Notes: a model not told the origin generated them from the letters alone. DNA of 64,000 nucleotides from Bacteroidota bacterium (GCA_018700895.1 JABIUV010000014.1:49086-113085); one strand, 5' to 3'. Shown: positions 31,333 through 42,065, counted from the stretch's first letter. Program-made: numbers and translations.

Positions 31333-31707
31333 CTAATTATTATTTTCGTTATTATCTTCATCCCATAGTTCAAAAATCATCTTGAAGATGCTATGTTCGC
31401 TTGCTTTTACGACATTGTCGGCGTCAATTCGCTTCATCAAAAATAAGTTAAGTTCTAGCCTATCGTTATGACTTGATGAGGATAAAAAATCTCTTGCTTT
31501 AGGCTCTATTTCGGCATCGTATGTAGCGGGATCCAATTTGTTAATATTGACAAGCCAATTATCCTGCTGTTCCTTTGTCACGGGTTTCATTTTGAAATAT
31601 TCCTTGATAACTAGGTTTTCGCGTGGGTCAAAGTAGCCGTCTATTTTTGCCGCAAGGACTAGAAGGTCGTAACTCAGTTGGTACTTATCAAGTTGGTGCG
31701 ATTCCAC
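31333..31707 (-). CDS. TerB-family protein (paralog)
   Basis: AAKIDGYFDPRE ... DADNVVKASE. Confidence 0.7.
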   Translation of the reverse strand: MESHQLDKYQLSYDLLVLAAKIDGYFDPRENLVIKEYFKMKPVTKEQQDNWLVNINKLDPATYDAEIEPKARDFLSSSSHNDRLELNLFLMKRIDADNVVKASEHSIFKMIFELWDEDNNENNN

Positions 31708-31830
31708 GTTGTAGTTTTTTTATAATAGTTGGTGCAATTCACAAATTTAGTGATTTCTAATATACTTTGGCAGTATATCAGAAATAGCCACAGCTAAGAT
31801 GCATTCTATTCATTATTTTTGAGGTTCAGT

Positions 31831-32436
31831 ATGATACGATACATTCTTATTCTAACGATGTTTGTCTGTGGTGGTGTTATTGCCCAAGACTTTGGTGCAC
31901 AGCTGCTTTTGGGGGCTAATTTTAGCCAAGTAGATGGCGACCAATTAGGCGGTTACAATAAACTTGGAGCTAATGTTGGTATCCAGATAAATAAAGAGGT
32001 GAATGACCTCTGGGATGGAGCTTTCGAGATTAGATTTAGTATGAAAGGTGCTAATCGAGTGATAGACCCCAAAGCACCAGAGCCAACACTTAAACTGAGT
32101 TATCACTATGTAGAAGTACCACTCTTGGTAAAATATAAACAATGGGATAAAGTCACGCCGTATGGTGGATTGAGCATAGGTGTAAATGTGTATAATCAGC
32201 GTGATGACAATGGATATGTTACCCAAGAAGAGGCTCTCAAGGGGATGGAAACCGGAATAGTGCTGGGTGGAACATACCATCTTTCAGAAAAGGTAGGGTT
32301 AGATTTGCGTCATTCGTATTCACTCTTAAGCATAAGAGACTATCCGTTCATTGTAAATAGCCCTACAGTCTTTGGGAGAGCGGGATGGTTTAATAGGCTA
32401 TTTACCGCTGGAATTACGGTCCGTTTAGACAAATAA
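31831..32436 (+). CDS. Outer-membrane beta-barrel (porin/PorT-like family)
   Basis: Signal peptide, GANFSQVDGD..GYNKLG, YVEVPLLVKY. Confidence 0.8.
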   Translation: MIRYILILTMFVCGGVIAQDFGAQLLLGANFSQVDGDQLGGYNKLGANVGIQINKEVNDLWDGAFEIRFSMKGANRVIDPKAPEPTLKLSYHYVEVPLLVKYKQWDKVTPYGGLSIGVNVYNQRDDNGYVTQEEALKGMETGIVLGGTYHLSEKVGLDLRHSYSLLSIRDYPFIVNSPTVFGRAGWFNRLFTAGITVRLDK

Positions 32437-33434
32437 TGAACTACATTGGTTCCAAAGTAAGACTGCTTCCTTTTTTGGAGCATAGTATAAAATCCGTATT
32501 AACCGAAAGGTTAGAAGAGCAAGTCTTTTGTGATCTATTTGCCGGTACGGGTGCCGTTGGTAGATATTTTAAGCCCAAGTGTAAAGCTATCATTTCAAAT
32601 GATTTAGAGTATTACAGCTACGTGCTCAATCGCAATTACGTAGGCAATTCTAAGCTTATAAATGTGAGTGATAAGCTAGAAGAACTAGATAAATTAACGG
32701 GGATAGAGGGTTTTGTGTTTCGTAATTATAGCAGAGGAGGACACGGCGATCGAAATTACTTTACAGACCAGAATGCCAAGCGTATAGACGTAATTCGTCA
32801 GCAAATAGAAAGTTGGAAATCAACCCAAGAAATTGATGAGGATATTTATTTTTTTCTACTCGCCTCCCTACTAGAAAGTGCTGATAAGGTGGCCAATACG
32901 GCAAGCGTATATGGTGCGTATCTCAAGCATATTAAAAAGTCAGCACAACAAGATCTAACTCTTAAGCCTGCAACTTTTGATATCGCGAAGAATAATAGTA
33001 AGGTTTATCAGTCGGATGCTAATGAGTTAATAAAGAAAATAAGTGGAGATATTCTCTACTTAGACCCACCGTATAACGCTCGACAGTATGGTAGTAACTA
33101 CCACCTGCTCAACACTATCGCATCGTATCAGTCGTTTGATCCTAAGGGAGTTACGGGATTGCCCGTTTATAACAAATCAGGTTATTGCAGTAAAGCTACG
33201 GTTGTGCAAAGTTTCGAAGACTTGATTGCAAATGCCAAATTTGAGTATGTGTTCCTGAGTTATAATAATGAGGGACTTATGATGCATTCGCAGATTCTGT
33301 CTATTATGGAAAAGTATGGTGAAGTACAATTAAAAACACAGGCTTATCAGCGGTTTAAGGCCGACAAGACTGAGAACAGAAACCACAAGGCTACAGAGAC
33401 TTTGGAGTACCTGTTTTGCCTCCAGAAATCTTAA
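32436..33434 (+). CDS. Orphan N6-adenine DNA methyltransferase (D12 class, M.HpyI/M.NlaIII-like, predicted CATG)
   Basis: MNYIGSK, DLFAGTG, ISNDLEYYSYVLN, ANTASVYGAYLK, LYLDPPYN..YHLL, FLSYNNEG; no endonuclease adjacent. Confidence 0.85.
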   Translation: MNYIGSKVRLLPFLEHSIKSVLTERLEEQVFCDLFAGTGAVGRYFKPKCKAIISNDLEYYSYVLNRNYVGNSKLINVSDKLEELDKLTGIEGFVFRNYSRGGHGDRNYFTDQNAKRIDVIRQQIESWKSTQEIDEDIYFFLLASLLESADKVANTASVYGAYLKHIKKSAQQDLTLKPATFDIAKNNSKVYQSDANELIKKISGDILYLDPPYNARQYGSNYHLLNTIASYQSFDPKGVTGLPVYNKSGYCSKATVVQSFEDLIANAKFEYVFLSYNNEGLMMHSQILSIMEKYGEVQLKTQAYQRFKADKTENRNHKATETLEYLFCLQKS

Positions 33435-34531
33435 TCCCTTACGTTGTTCATCATTCGCCAAATGTCATTTAGATAGTTGACGGGTACGAGAGAGTTATCT
33501 GGGCTGTCACCCATACGTATGATTACAAGGCCATCGCTCGGCGATATGCATACATATTGTCCATTTTTGCCCAAACCGGAGTATATATCGGTTGGTGCAT
33601 TGGGCAACATAGTTCCAGGAAATTTCAGTTGAGACTGTGGTATCATAAATCCTTCTCCTCCGTTGAGCCACCAGAGATAGCCATAGGACTTATTGATGTT
33701 TTGTGAAGGGCGTATTGCAGCATCTACAAAAGATTCATTGATAATACGTGTGTCATCCCATACCCCTCTATTTTGCATCAGCAGCCCAAAACGTGCCATA
33801 GATCGAGCATTACTAAGATAGAGATGCAGATCTCCGCTCCACTGCCAGTAGCCGCTCATGCCTATTTTGTCTTGTAGTACGGAGTTGAAATAGGTTGTGT
33901 AATCTTGTCCAGTAGCGTTGCTGACTACATTCTCCAATAAGGTATATGGAGCGTTATGATATGACCACCTGGTGCCTGCATCTGAAATGTAGGTTAGGTT
34001 TTCAGGTTCTAATCCGTCACCTTTCGTATTGTCCATACCAGTGGTCATGCTGAGTTGGTGCTGTACAGTTATTTTATCTTCTTGTTCTTTGGTGAGACTC
34101 GTCCATCCTTGACCAAGGTAATCAGATGATTTATCGGTGAGGGATAAATGTCCATCCTCTTCAGCCTTACCCACTGCGAATGCAGTCATTGTCTTAGCGG
34201 CAGATGCCCAATACCAATTTTTTCTTGCATCAAAATCGGCATCACGTAATATGGTTTTACCCCAATATTTTTCAAGTACTATTTTACCATCTTTGAGCAC
34301 TATAAATGCTCGCGTACCATTGAGTTCTAAGTTGTCGTAAAGTGCTGCAATACTATCGGTATTCCAGCCTAAACTTTCTGGTGCAGTTGTCTCCCATTCT
34401 CCGGTTTCTGGAGGGAAATAAAGGGCTGTTTCAGGGTTGTTATTCGTTTCCTCTGGAAGTGTTTTGTCCTCATCATCTTTGCAACTAGCTAAGGTGATAA
34501 CCATGAAGAAAAGCGGAAGGTATTTCTTCAT
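33431..34531 (-). CDS. Lipoprotein serine hydrolase (beta-lactamase/AmpC-like)
   Basis: Lipobox LASC, SxxK (SAAK), YHN, YGYLWW. Confidence 0.85.
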   Translation of the reverse strand: MKKYLPLFFMVITLASCKDDEDKTLPEETNNNPETALYFPPETGEWETTAPESLGWNTDSIAALYDNLELNGTRAFIVLKDGKIVLEKYWGKTILRDADFDARKNWYWASAAKTMTAFAVGKAEEDGHLSLTDKSSDYLGQGWTSLTKEQEDKITVQHQLSMTTGMDNTKGDGLEPENLTYISDAGTRWSYHNAPYTLLENVVSNATGQDYTTYFNSVLQDKIGMSGYWQWSGDLHLYLSNARSMARFGLLMQNRGVWDDTRIINESFVDAAIRPSQNINKSYGYLWWLNGGEGFMIPQSQLKFPGTMLPNAPTDIYSGLGKNGQYVCISPSDGLVIIRMGDSPDNSLVPVNYLNDIWRMMNNVRD

Positions 34532-34559
34532 TACTTTCATACGTATTCACTCAACTATA

Positions 34560-35402
34560 CTATTCTGCTCTAAAACTTCCGCTCTTCACGTGTAAATCAC
34601 GTTGTGGGAAGGGGATTTCAATACCATTAGCTCTGAAATCTGCATCTATCATATATCGGAGGTCACTCTTTACCTGTTCTATAATAAATAACTGACTGCT
34701 CCAAAAAACCAATTGAAAATCAAGGCTCGATTCACCAAAGTCTGTAAACAAAATGGTAGGAGCGGGATTTGTGATTACTTTAGGATGTTTCCACGCATTT
34801 TCAGACAGTAATTTTTTGACCAACTCCACATCGCTTCCGTAAGCCACGCCTACCGTAATGCTAAATCGTGTCACACTATCACTGTTGCTCCAATTCACTA
34901 ATTTCTCACTTACGAGTTTATGATTGGGTATAATCATGGCAATGCCATCGCGTGTTTCTACTTTAGAAGTGCGGAGTCCTATTTCTGTTACCCGAGCGAC
35001 AATATTGTCCACCTCTACTACATCATTTACCCTAATAGATGGCTCTACTAATAAAATAAATCCCGACACCAGGTCATTAGCAACTTGTTGCAAACCGAGA
35101 CCTACGCCAAGTAGTAGTGGTGCTAAAAACGTGAACGCAGCTTGATTAATTTTGAGCGACACCAGTGATATGAAAACAAATATGACGACCAATAAGTATT
35201 TTATTATACGAGTAATGGCGAATTCCCGACCGGTGTCAAGTCTGCCCGATTTCACAGCCGCGGCTGCTAGTTTTTTTGTCCACCTGTAGGCAAACCAAAC
35301 TACCGCTGCAGATATGGCTATGTAAAGAATGCTATTAACGGTTACGGTACCATTTTCGCCAAGTTTCCATAGTTCTTTGTTGAAAATATCCTGCAATTTC
35401 AT
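34560..35402 (-). CDS. mscS: Small-conductance mechanosensitive channel
   Basis: GLGLQQVANDLVSG, IIPN, VGVAYGSD, IEIPFPQRD. Confidence 0.9.
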   Translation of the reverse strand: MKLQDIFNKELWKLGENGTVTVNSILYIAISAAVVWFAYRWTKKLAAAAVKSGRLDTGREFAITRIIKYLLVVIFVFISLVSLKINQAAFTFLAPLLLGVGLGLQQVANDLVSGFILLVEPSIRVNDVVEVDNIVARVTEIGLRTSKVETRDGIAMIIPNHKLVSEKLVNWSNSDSVTRFSITVGVAYGSDVELVKKLLSENAWKHPKVITNPAPTILFTDFGESSLDFQLVFWSSQLFIIEQVKSDLRYMIDADFRANGIEIPFPQRDLHVKSGSFRAE

Positions 35403-35767
35403 TCAGCTAAAACCTTGTTGTTATACACGAGTGCAAAGTAATCATTTCCTAAGTCTAGGTAGCCGTATTCATAACAAAAGAAGTATGTTTTATCAGCTTT
35501 TGTAGTATGGGTATTGGTGAAATACTCAAAACTAAAACCCACTTTGGATAGTTCTTGCCGTCTTACTTTGATAGATTTATCCTTAGGACAAAGTTCCTCT
35601 AAGATGTTTCTATTCTTTTTGATTATGCGATTAACCTTACGGATGTAGTTATTCGACTTGCCGTTATGTGTGTTGTTGTAATCGTTACGACATTGGTTGT
35701 CGCAGAATTTCTTATCCGCTCTACCCTGTATGGGTGAGTTACAATGTAGGCAAACCTTGGAATCCAT
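35399..35767 (-). CDS. Zn-ribbon protein (DUF2116-like, conserved in Bacteroidota)
   Basis: CLHC..GRADKKFCDNQCR..NN, YFFCYEYGY. Confidence 0.75.
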   Translation of the reverse strand: MDSKVCLHCNSPIQGRADKKFCDNQCRNDYNNTHNGKSNNYIRKVNRIIKKNRNILEELCPKDKSIKVRRQELSKVGFSFEYFTNTHTTKADKTYFFCYEYGYLDLGNDYFALVYNNKVLAE

Positions 35768-35787
35768 ACCGCAAAAGTAGGATGATT

Positions 35788-36891
35788 TTAAAATAGTTGT
35801 AATTGGGCAGTGGTGTCTCTCCTTACAAACGGTGTTTTGAGTGGTGTAGGCTTGGCCATTAGGCTAAATTTCTTTTTGGCTAATCTCACCTGTTGATTGA
35901 TAGATTGAGCTAGCACACCTACGCCTTTCATTGGCTCGCCGTAGGTACTGTTGCTCAGTGATCCTCCTTGAGCCTCAGCTATGAGATTCATCACCCGAGT
36001 GGCTTTGAGCGGAAAGTTTTTTTGTATCCAGTCTTCAAACAAAAGTGCAACTGCTCCATTAAGTCGCACCATATTGTGGCCCAAGGTGAGTGCACCTGAT
36101 TTACTTACAGCTTCGCAAATGCTGAATACTTCGTCGCTATTCAAACCAGGGATGATAGGAGCGAGCATAACGTGCGTAGGAATGCCGTGTTCTGTAAGTT
36201 TTTGTATGGTTTTAAGCCTGTTACCTGCTGATGAGGTGCGTGGTTCCATCGCTCGGCGGAGTTCTTCATCTAGCGTGGTGATACTTATGTGCACGTGCAC
36301 CAAGTTTTTAGCAGCAAGCTGTTTTAGGATATCAATGTCGCGGCATACTAATGCGTTTTTGGTGATGATACCTACGGGTTGATTATGGTCAAGGCATATT
36401 TGGAGGAGTTCGCGGGTTATTTCGAATTTTTTCTCAGCAGGTTGATAGCAATCGGTATTACCACTTAGCATTATCATTTCTCCCTGCCAGTTGCGGCTTT
36501 TTACTTTTTTTTTGAGTAAAGTAGGGGCGTTGTGTTTTACAAGGATGTTCTTCTCAAAATCAGTACCCGCACTATAACCCCAGTACTCGTGTGTAATACG
36601 TGCGTAGCAGTATGTGCATCCGTGCTCACAACCTTGGTACGGATTCATACTCCATTGGCCGGGTACATCTGGGCTGTCTACCTTGTTTATGAGAGTCTTG
36701 GGATGAATTTCGGTAAATTGTGTAGCGTTATCGCTGCTAAAAAAATCTCCGTCAAAGTATGACCCATCCCAAAAATCTTCTACCACTGTTTTGTGGTATT
36801 GGTTAGGGGTGTTTATTAACGCTCCTCTACCCTTGGTGTTTTTTGGTATGGTAATATTATTATCCAAATCGTTGACTACATTGTAAACCAA
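35788..36891 (-). CDS. PA0069/Rv2578c-family radical SAM protein (SplB-like); start uncertain
   Basis: KGRGA, NPYQGCEHGCTYCYAR, SGNTDCYQPAE, APIIPGLN. Confidence 0.88.
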   Translation of the reverse strand: MVYNVVNDLDNNITIPKNTKGRGALINTPNQYHKTVVEDFWDGSYFDGDFFSSDNATQFTEIHPKTLINKVDSPDVPGQWSMNPYQGCEHGCTYCYARITHEYWGYSAGTDFEKNILVKHNAPTLLKKKVKSRNWQGEMIMLSGNTDCYQPAEKKFEITRELLQICLDHNQPVGIITKNALVCRDIDILKQLAAKNLVHVHISITTLDEELRRAMEPRTSSAGNRLKTIQKLTEHGIPTHVMLAPIIPGLNSDEVFSICEAVSKSGALTLGHNMVRLNGAVALLFEDWIQKNFPLKATRVMNLIAEAQGGSLSNSTYGEPMKGVGVLAQSINQQVRLAKKKFSLMAKPTPLKTPFVRRDTTAQLQLF

Positions 36892-36933
36892 ATATTTAGA
36901 ATAAACAAGAAATAGAAGTTCGGAGGCCGTGCT

Positions 36934-38181
36934 TTACTCCTGTGAAGGCTTATGCGTGGCGTAATGATTTGCGATTATGGTGGTAGCTACAGCAAGTCCA
37001 TTCTCTTGAATAATAGAGCTCTGCATTTGTTTTGCGTGCTGTGCAAATCTTGGTTCTAGGAGTGTTTTGAGGCCAGACACTAGCTTTTTGGTAGTAAGTT
37101 TGGTAAGAGGCATAGGTTCAATTCCTATTTCATTATGCTCTATGAGTTTGCCCCAAAAATATTGATCGCCAAATGGATGAAGAATGGGTGTAATGAGTTG
37201 TGGAATGCCTGCGGTTAATGCACAAGCGGTAGTTCCCGCACCTCCGTGATGAATAACATAATCTACCCGTGGAAAGAGGGTGCTAAATGGTGCACTTTCT
37301 ATAGTTAGAATGCGATCGTCTTCGTCTATCACCGAGTCTTTCAGTCCCCAACCCTTTACTATGAGTATGTTTAAGCCAAAGTGTTTTAAGATCTCTCGTA
37401 TAAAAATATTGATGTCAGTCTTAGACTTATATGGCATACTACCAAAGGTGAGTAGTAGGGTCTTCTCATTTTTAGCTAAAAATGAAGTGATTTGCTGGTC
37501 TAGTGGCTGAGTAAGAGCGTCGTCAGTCCATAACCCAGTAAAATGCGCATCTTTGGGATAATCAGCGGGTTGAGTCAGGAGTGAGGGGCTTACGGCGTAC
37601 ATAGCTGGTGTGTCCAAAATATTTGCTCGCTGTGGTAAGTCGTGCTTCTTTCGAAAGGCTTTTACAGGCGAGTTAAATGAGTTGAGAGCAAAGCCTACCA
37701 TGGCATAACTTGCCCTGTTTAACCAACGTGGAATAGGTAGAAAACTGAACAAGGGATTAGCAAAAGCACGTGTAGGTGTAAAAATTGGAACGACGTAGGC
37801 CTTGATAAGCTTGTGCTGAAATCCCTGCCCAATGCCGTCTATCATTGTCTTAGGATGATAAATGACCACATCGGCCCATAGTCCCATCTCGTAAAAGGTT
37901 TCTAAGGATTCCCCAATAATTGGGTAGACCTTTTCTCTCAGTGCTTTTCCCACAGTAAAGGGGTTTTTACCTACTGCTTTTTTGAGCGACTCATCATCTA
38001 CCATCGATGCGTAATCACCTTCAAAACCGTGGAAGGTCACATCATAATCACGGGCAAGAGGAGCAAGCATTTTGGCCGAGGCAACTTTTACTTCGTGTCC
38101 TTGGCGTGTTAAGTGCTGCCCCAATATGAGGAAGGGCTGTATATCACCTCGCGATCCTATGCTACAAAGAGCTATTTTCAT
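36934..38181 (-). CDS. GT1 glycosyltransferase (sterol glucosyltransferase-like)
   Basis: GSRGDIQPF, HHGGAGTT, GDQYFWG. Confidence 0.88.
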   Translation of the reverse strand: MKIALCSIGSRGDIQPFLILGQHLTRQGHEVKVASAKMLAPLARDYDVTFHGFEGDYASMVDDESLKKAVGKNPFTVGKALREKVYPIIGESLETFYEMGLWADVVIYHPKTMIDGIGQGFQHKLIKAYVVPIFTPTRAFANPLFSFLPIPRWLNRASYAMVGFALNSFNSPVKAFRKKHDLPQRANILDTPAMYAVSPSLLTQPADYPKDAHFTGLWTDDALTQPLDQQITSFLAKNEKTLLLTFGSMPYKSKTDINIFIREILKHFGLNILIVKGWGLKDSVIDEDDRILTIESAPFSTLFPRVDYVIHHGGAGTTACALTAGIPQLITPILHPFGDQYFWGKLIEHNEIGIEPMPLTKLTTKKLVSGLKTLLEPRFAQHAKQMQSSIIQENGLAVATTIIANHYATHKPSQE

Positions 38182-38726
38182 TTCTCAGATTTATAAAAAT
38201 GTGTAAACCGCAAACTTTGGTTAATATTCATATTTGCAAATGTATAGACGACCCACTCTAATCTTTGCAGGATGAGTAACATAGCTTAACCGCAGCCCTT
38301 AGTAGCCTTTGAGAAGTGCTTATTACTTATGGTCGAACCATGCCACAATGGGCTTATACGAAAACCACAAGGCAAGTCATAAGATCATAAACGAAGGCAA
38401 ATTAATTAGCATTTATAAGTTTGCCACTCCCGGTGATGGCGGTTTTAATATCTGGGTGCCTCGGTAAAGAATATTGATTAGATATACAAGATTAATTACT
38501 GAGGGTTGCACTTGGGTGCTTTTTTTTGTTTTTGTACGAGGTTTTGGAGGAAGGTCTGTGGTTAGAGGCCCAACCTTTATAAAGCAAGTAACTCCAAGCG
38601 AAATGCTCGGAGCTACTTGGACTATTTATCGTTTCATTAGTGCACCATTGCAGGTGATGTATAGTGATAGATATGCAGTGTTATTGCATAGAATAGCAAT
38701 GCGGGAATTAGCTTATGCTATAGATG

Positions 38727-40121
38727 TTACTCCGTACCAAAGTGAATATTATCTATAAGCAGGCGAGATACAGCGAAGTTGTCGTCAGCATCTTTAGGGT
38801 TCCACATTGCAAATGGGATAGTAAGTTGCGAGATATCTAATCCCTCAAAGTCGGTTAAAGGAATACCGTACTCTAAAAATCCTTGCTCCACGGTAGTTGG
38901 CGTATAGTTGATTAGATATACTGCTGCATTGGTACTTGGGCTCTCTAGTTTTATCTCAGCATCTACTATGGGTGTGCTCGGTTTGAGCGAAAAGTATACG
39001 TGGGTGTATACACTGAGATCTTTAGGGGATTCCAATTCGAGGTAGCCACCGCCCCAGTTTCCTCCTGGAAAGTCAAACACCAAGCTCTTGTCTCCGTCTA
39101 TCGCCTCATCTGACTCGGCAATGGTAGGCTCTCCACCTGCACCGTATACGACAACCTTGGCAGGGCCCAGGTCATCAAATCCATTTTGTATTCCATTAGC
39201 TGCTATGCTAGCATCTATGAGTTGCCCTACTGACTCTTCTTCTATATCCAGCGTAGGAGCATCCGGTACCTCAAACCCGTCTTTCGTATACACACGTATA
39301 TAGTCTACGTACATCGTTTGTGGGAATGTAGTGCTCTCATCTGGTGAACCCGGCCAGTCTCCACCTACCGCCACATTGAGCACTAGATAGAAACTTCTCA
39401 AAAATTCTTTCATGTCAGCCTCTATGGTCATCCGCTGAAACTCCTCACCGTCCACACCAAACGCAAGGTACTCTGGTGTCCAGTCTAAGGTGTAAATGTG
39501 GTAACTATCGGCAAAACTGCCACTTGCGAGAGTATGAGATCCTTGTGTTGAGTTACGTTTATTATCTCCGTCGGTATAGTGCAGGGTGCTATACATTTTG
39601 CTAGGTTCTTGGCCTAGTACTTCCACGATGTCTATTTCGCCGCAGCCCGGCCACGCTACTTGGTCACGGTTGTCGCCTAGCATCCATATAGCAGGCCATA
39701 GCCCTTTCCCTTCGGGCATTTTTGCTCTCACCGCCACTTTCCCAAATCGCATACTGAATAACTTATTAGTTGTCAACTTTGCCGAGGTATATACCCTGTC
39801 ACTCGTTTCTGTTGCTCTTATGTATAGAACACCATTGTCTCCTGTGGACTCTATCCCCGAGTTTTCCGATAATAGAGTGTAGTTTTGGAGTTCGTTGTTA
39901 CCCCATCCAGCAGGCAAACCGTAGCTGGTCCCATCTCCTGTTTCGTATACCCAATTGTCTAGATTAATAGGACCCGTATCAAACTCGTCGGCCCAAGTGA
40001 GGGTGAATCCCTCATAGTCACTTACGGGTTTTTCAGGGTGTATTGCCGTGTCGTCATCTTTGCACGATGCCATGAGTAATACTGCGAAAGCTAGGAGGGT
40101 ATACTTGAATAATTTGTACAT
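38727..40121 (-). CDS. GH16 beta-1,3-glucanase (laminarinase-like) lipoprotein with C-terminal CBM-like domain
   Basis: Lipobox MASC, WADEF, GWGNNELQ, WPAIWMLG, EIDIVE catalytic motif. Confidence 0.88.
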   Translation of the reverse strand: MYKLFKYTLLAFAVLLMASCKDDDTAIHPEKPVSDYEGFTLTWADEFDTGPINLDNWVYETGDGTSYGLPAGWGNNELQNYTLLSENSGIESTGDNGVLYIRATETSDRVYTSAKLTTNKLFSMRFGKVAVRAKMPEGKGLWPAIWMLGDNRDQVAWPGCGEIDIVEVLGQEPSKMYSTLHYTDGDNKRNSTQGSHTLASGSFADSYHIYTLDWTPEYLAFGVDGEEFQRMTIEADMKEFLRSFYLVLNVAVGGDWPGSPDESTTFPQTMYVDYIRVYTKDGFEVPDAPTLDIEEESVGQLIDASIAANGIQNGFDDLGPAKVVVYGAGGEPTIAESDEAIDGDKSLVFDFPGGNWGGGYLELESPKDLSVYTHVYFSLKPSTPIVDAEIKLESPSTNAAVYLINYTPTTVEQGFLEYGIPLTDFEGLDISQLTIPFAMWNPKDADDNFAVSRLLIDNIHFGTE

Positions 40122-40226
40122 ATTGACTTTTTGTGAATGTGAAGTCCAAATTTAAGCTTTTTTGTAACCAAAGATGAACACACAGCTAAATATGAGTGAA
40201 CAGATACATGAGGTATGAGATATATA

Positions 40227-41060
40227 CTAACGCTTAATCACCCGAATTATGCTGATTAGACCGCCTACTTGTGCAGATGCTACATATACCCCATTAGGCT
40301 GTGCCGACAAGTCTATCGATGTGCTTGTTCGCGTAATGGGTTGTGTATGCACGAGTTTCCCAGTAATGGAGAATAGTATCACTCTATCGCTTGCGGTAAA
40401 AGATGCCGCACGATGAGTCAATGTAATTCTACCTGTAGTCGGGTTAGGATATAGTCTTAAATGGGGGTTGTACATCAGTTCATTTACGGACACGCTTCCA
40501 TCGTTTACAAGGCATTCGTTAGTATAGGCGTTGCTCAGTTCGGTACTCTCTACCAAGCGAGCATTAGAATCTATGCATATACATCTTCCATCATTATAGT
40601 TGTAGGTGATTTGCGAAGCTTGCGTCTCAAAAGACTCGAACACACATTGTTCAAAGGATAAAGAGTCACTCGTAAGTGCTTGGTCTCTGTGGCTCCAGTT
40701 GGTAAATAGGGTGTTGCCGCCTTGCCTTGAATGGATGATACCTTCTGGTTACCTTTTACGGTACCATCAGCGTTCATAAATAAGATGTAAAATGCACCTG
40801 CATCAGTGGCTCCGTCATCGTCGGAGCGAGCACCTACTATGATATCCAGAACGCCATCACCATCTACATCTCCAGCTACGTCATGATCTCGCCCAAAACG
40901 GTCTCCAGCATCTAACTCTGCCTCAAATCCGCCCGACTCTTCTTCTACAATAACATAGCCATCTGGGCCATATTGAGTCGCATTCTGACCGATAGCAAAA
41001 CTGCTAATAAATAATAAGGAGAGAAGTAATAGATAAGTTTGTTGGTTTGAATTCGTGATA
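40227..41060 (-). pseudogene. FG-GAP/integrin-alpha repeat T9SS protein, internally deleted and frameshifted
   Basis: Minus strand reads GDRFGRD..AGDVDGDGVLDIIVGARSDDDGATDAGAFYILFMN, then in another frame a CTD (LYPNPTTG..DLSAQPNGVY). Confidence 0.75.
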
Positions 41061-41249
41061 CGAAAATATTGATTTGTGATGTTAGGCGGTTTTAGTCTCG
41101 TAGCCCTTCAGTTAGATGTGATTTAGGGTAAAGTAGTTACTTAAGGTCCCTATTCTTCGGTTAGTATAAATGGTGAGACGTATTCGCCGCACGAAAGAGC
41201 ACTCAGATTACGCTTCCAGACGCTCCCAAGGAAGCTCCAGTTTATTGGA

Positions 41250-41810
41250 TTTAGTATTTACGATTTTGTTACCTATCATTTATCACGAGGTTTCTTTTTA
41301 AATTTATTCAACTCAATTTAGTCGTTTATAAGCTTTTTCAAGTCCTTATAAAATCTTGTCCTTTAATTAGAATTGGTTGTCCGTTTGGGTCATAAATAGT
41401 TTATATTGTTCATATTCCTCTTGACCAACGATTGATAGACTTTCTGCTCCAATTTTGTGAGCAAAAAAAATGTGCTTGCCAAAAGAATTGTAAAAAAATC
41501 AATGGCCCGTCATAATTGGATGCTAGATGTCATATGAGTTGTGAATTCCCTTGTAGTACGTTCTTCCGTTTTACTTTTTTCGGAATGCTATGTCCGCCTT
41601 CCTTTGCCTTCCAGGTTTTGTTTTGATGGCTACTTGTTTGTAAAGTCGTTTCAAAAGCAACTTTTTCAGGTTGTTGAAAATCCCTTAGCCATTTCATCAG
41701 TGTTTTCAAAATTCTCTATATCCAATAATTTCAGGTATATGGTGTGAGAGGCTTTTGTTTTTCCTGCTTCATTGCAGTCGGCAATCATGTAAAGATTATT
41801 TGCTCGCACT
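41250..41810 (-). pseudogene. Degraded zeta-toxin-family P-loop ATPase gene plus small downstream partner gene
   Basis: Fragments LYMIADCNEAGKTKAS, NTDEMAKGFS, QPEKVAFETTL, EGGHSIP; then KIL*GLEKAYKRL. Confidence 0.65.
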
Positions 41811-42065
41811 CAGAACAGATTTATTTTTTTTATTCTGAATTCGGCTTAAATATAGGATCTCTTACATTCAAGGCATTATTTGAGTTAAAAAACTTGTAAT
41901 CAGATGTTTAATATTACAACTAAGTCTTCATTTGTCAGTCCTAGGATGTTAATTGCATTTTACATTTTTCTGAGAACAACTTTCTTTCGTTTTTGAGCCA
42001 GGAAAACAGAAAACCTAGATATGGAATAAATTCTATAATTTTGAAAAATACTAAAACATCAATAC

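Noticed and set aside
36885..36902. Possible SOS box upstream of the PA0069 radical SAM gene
   Set aside because: Only an imperfect short palindrome (ccaaatatttag), and the start codon is uncertain.
38200..38470. Possible gene remnant upstream of the glycosyltransferase
   Set aside because: Short broken frames that I could not assign to any family.
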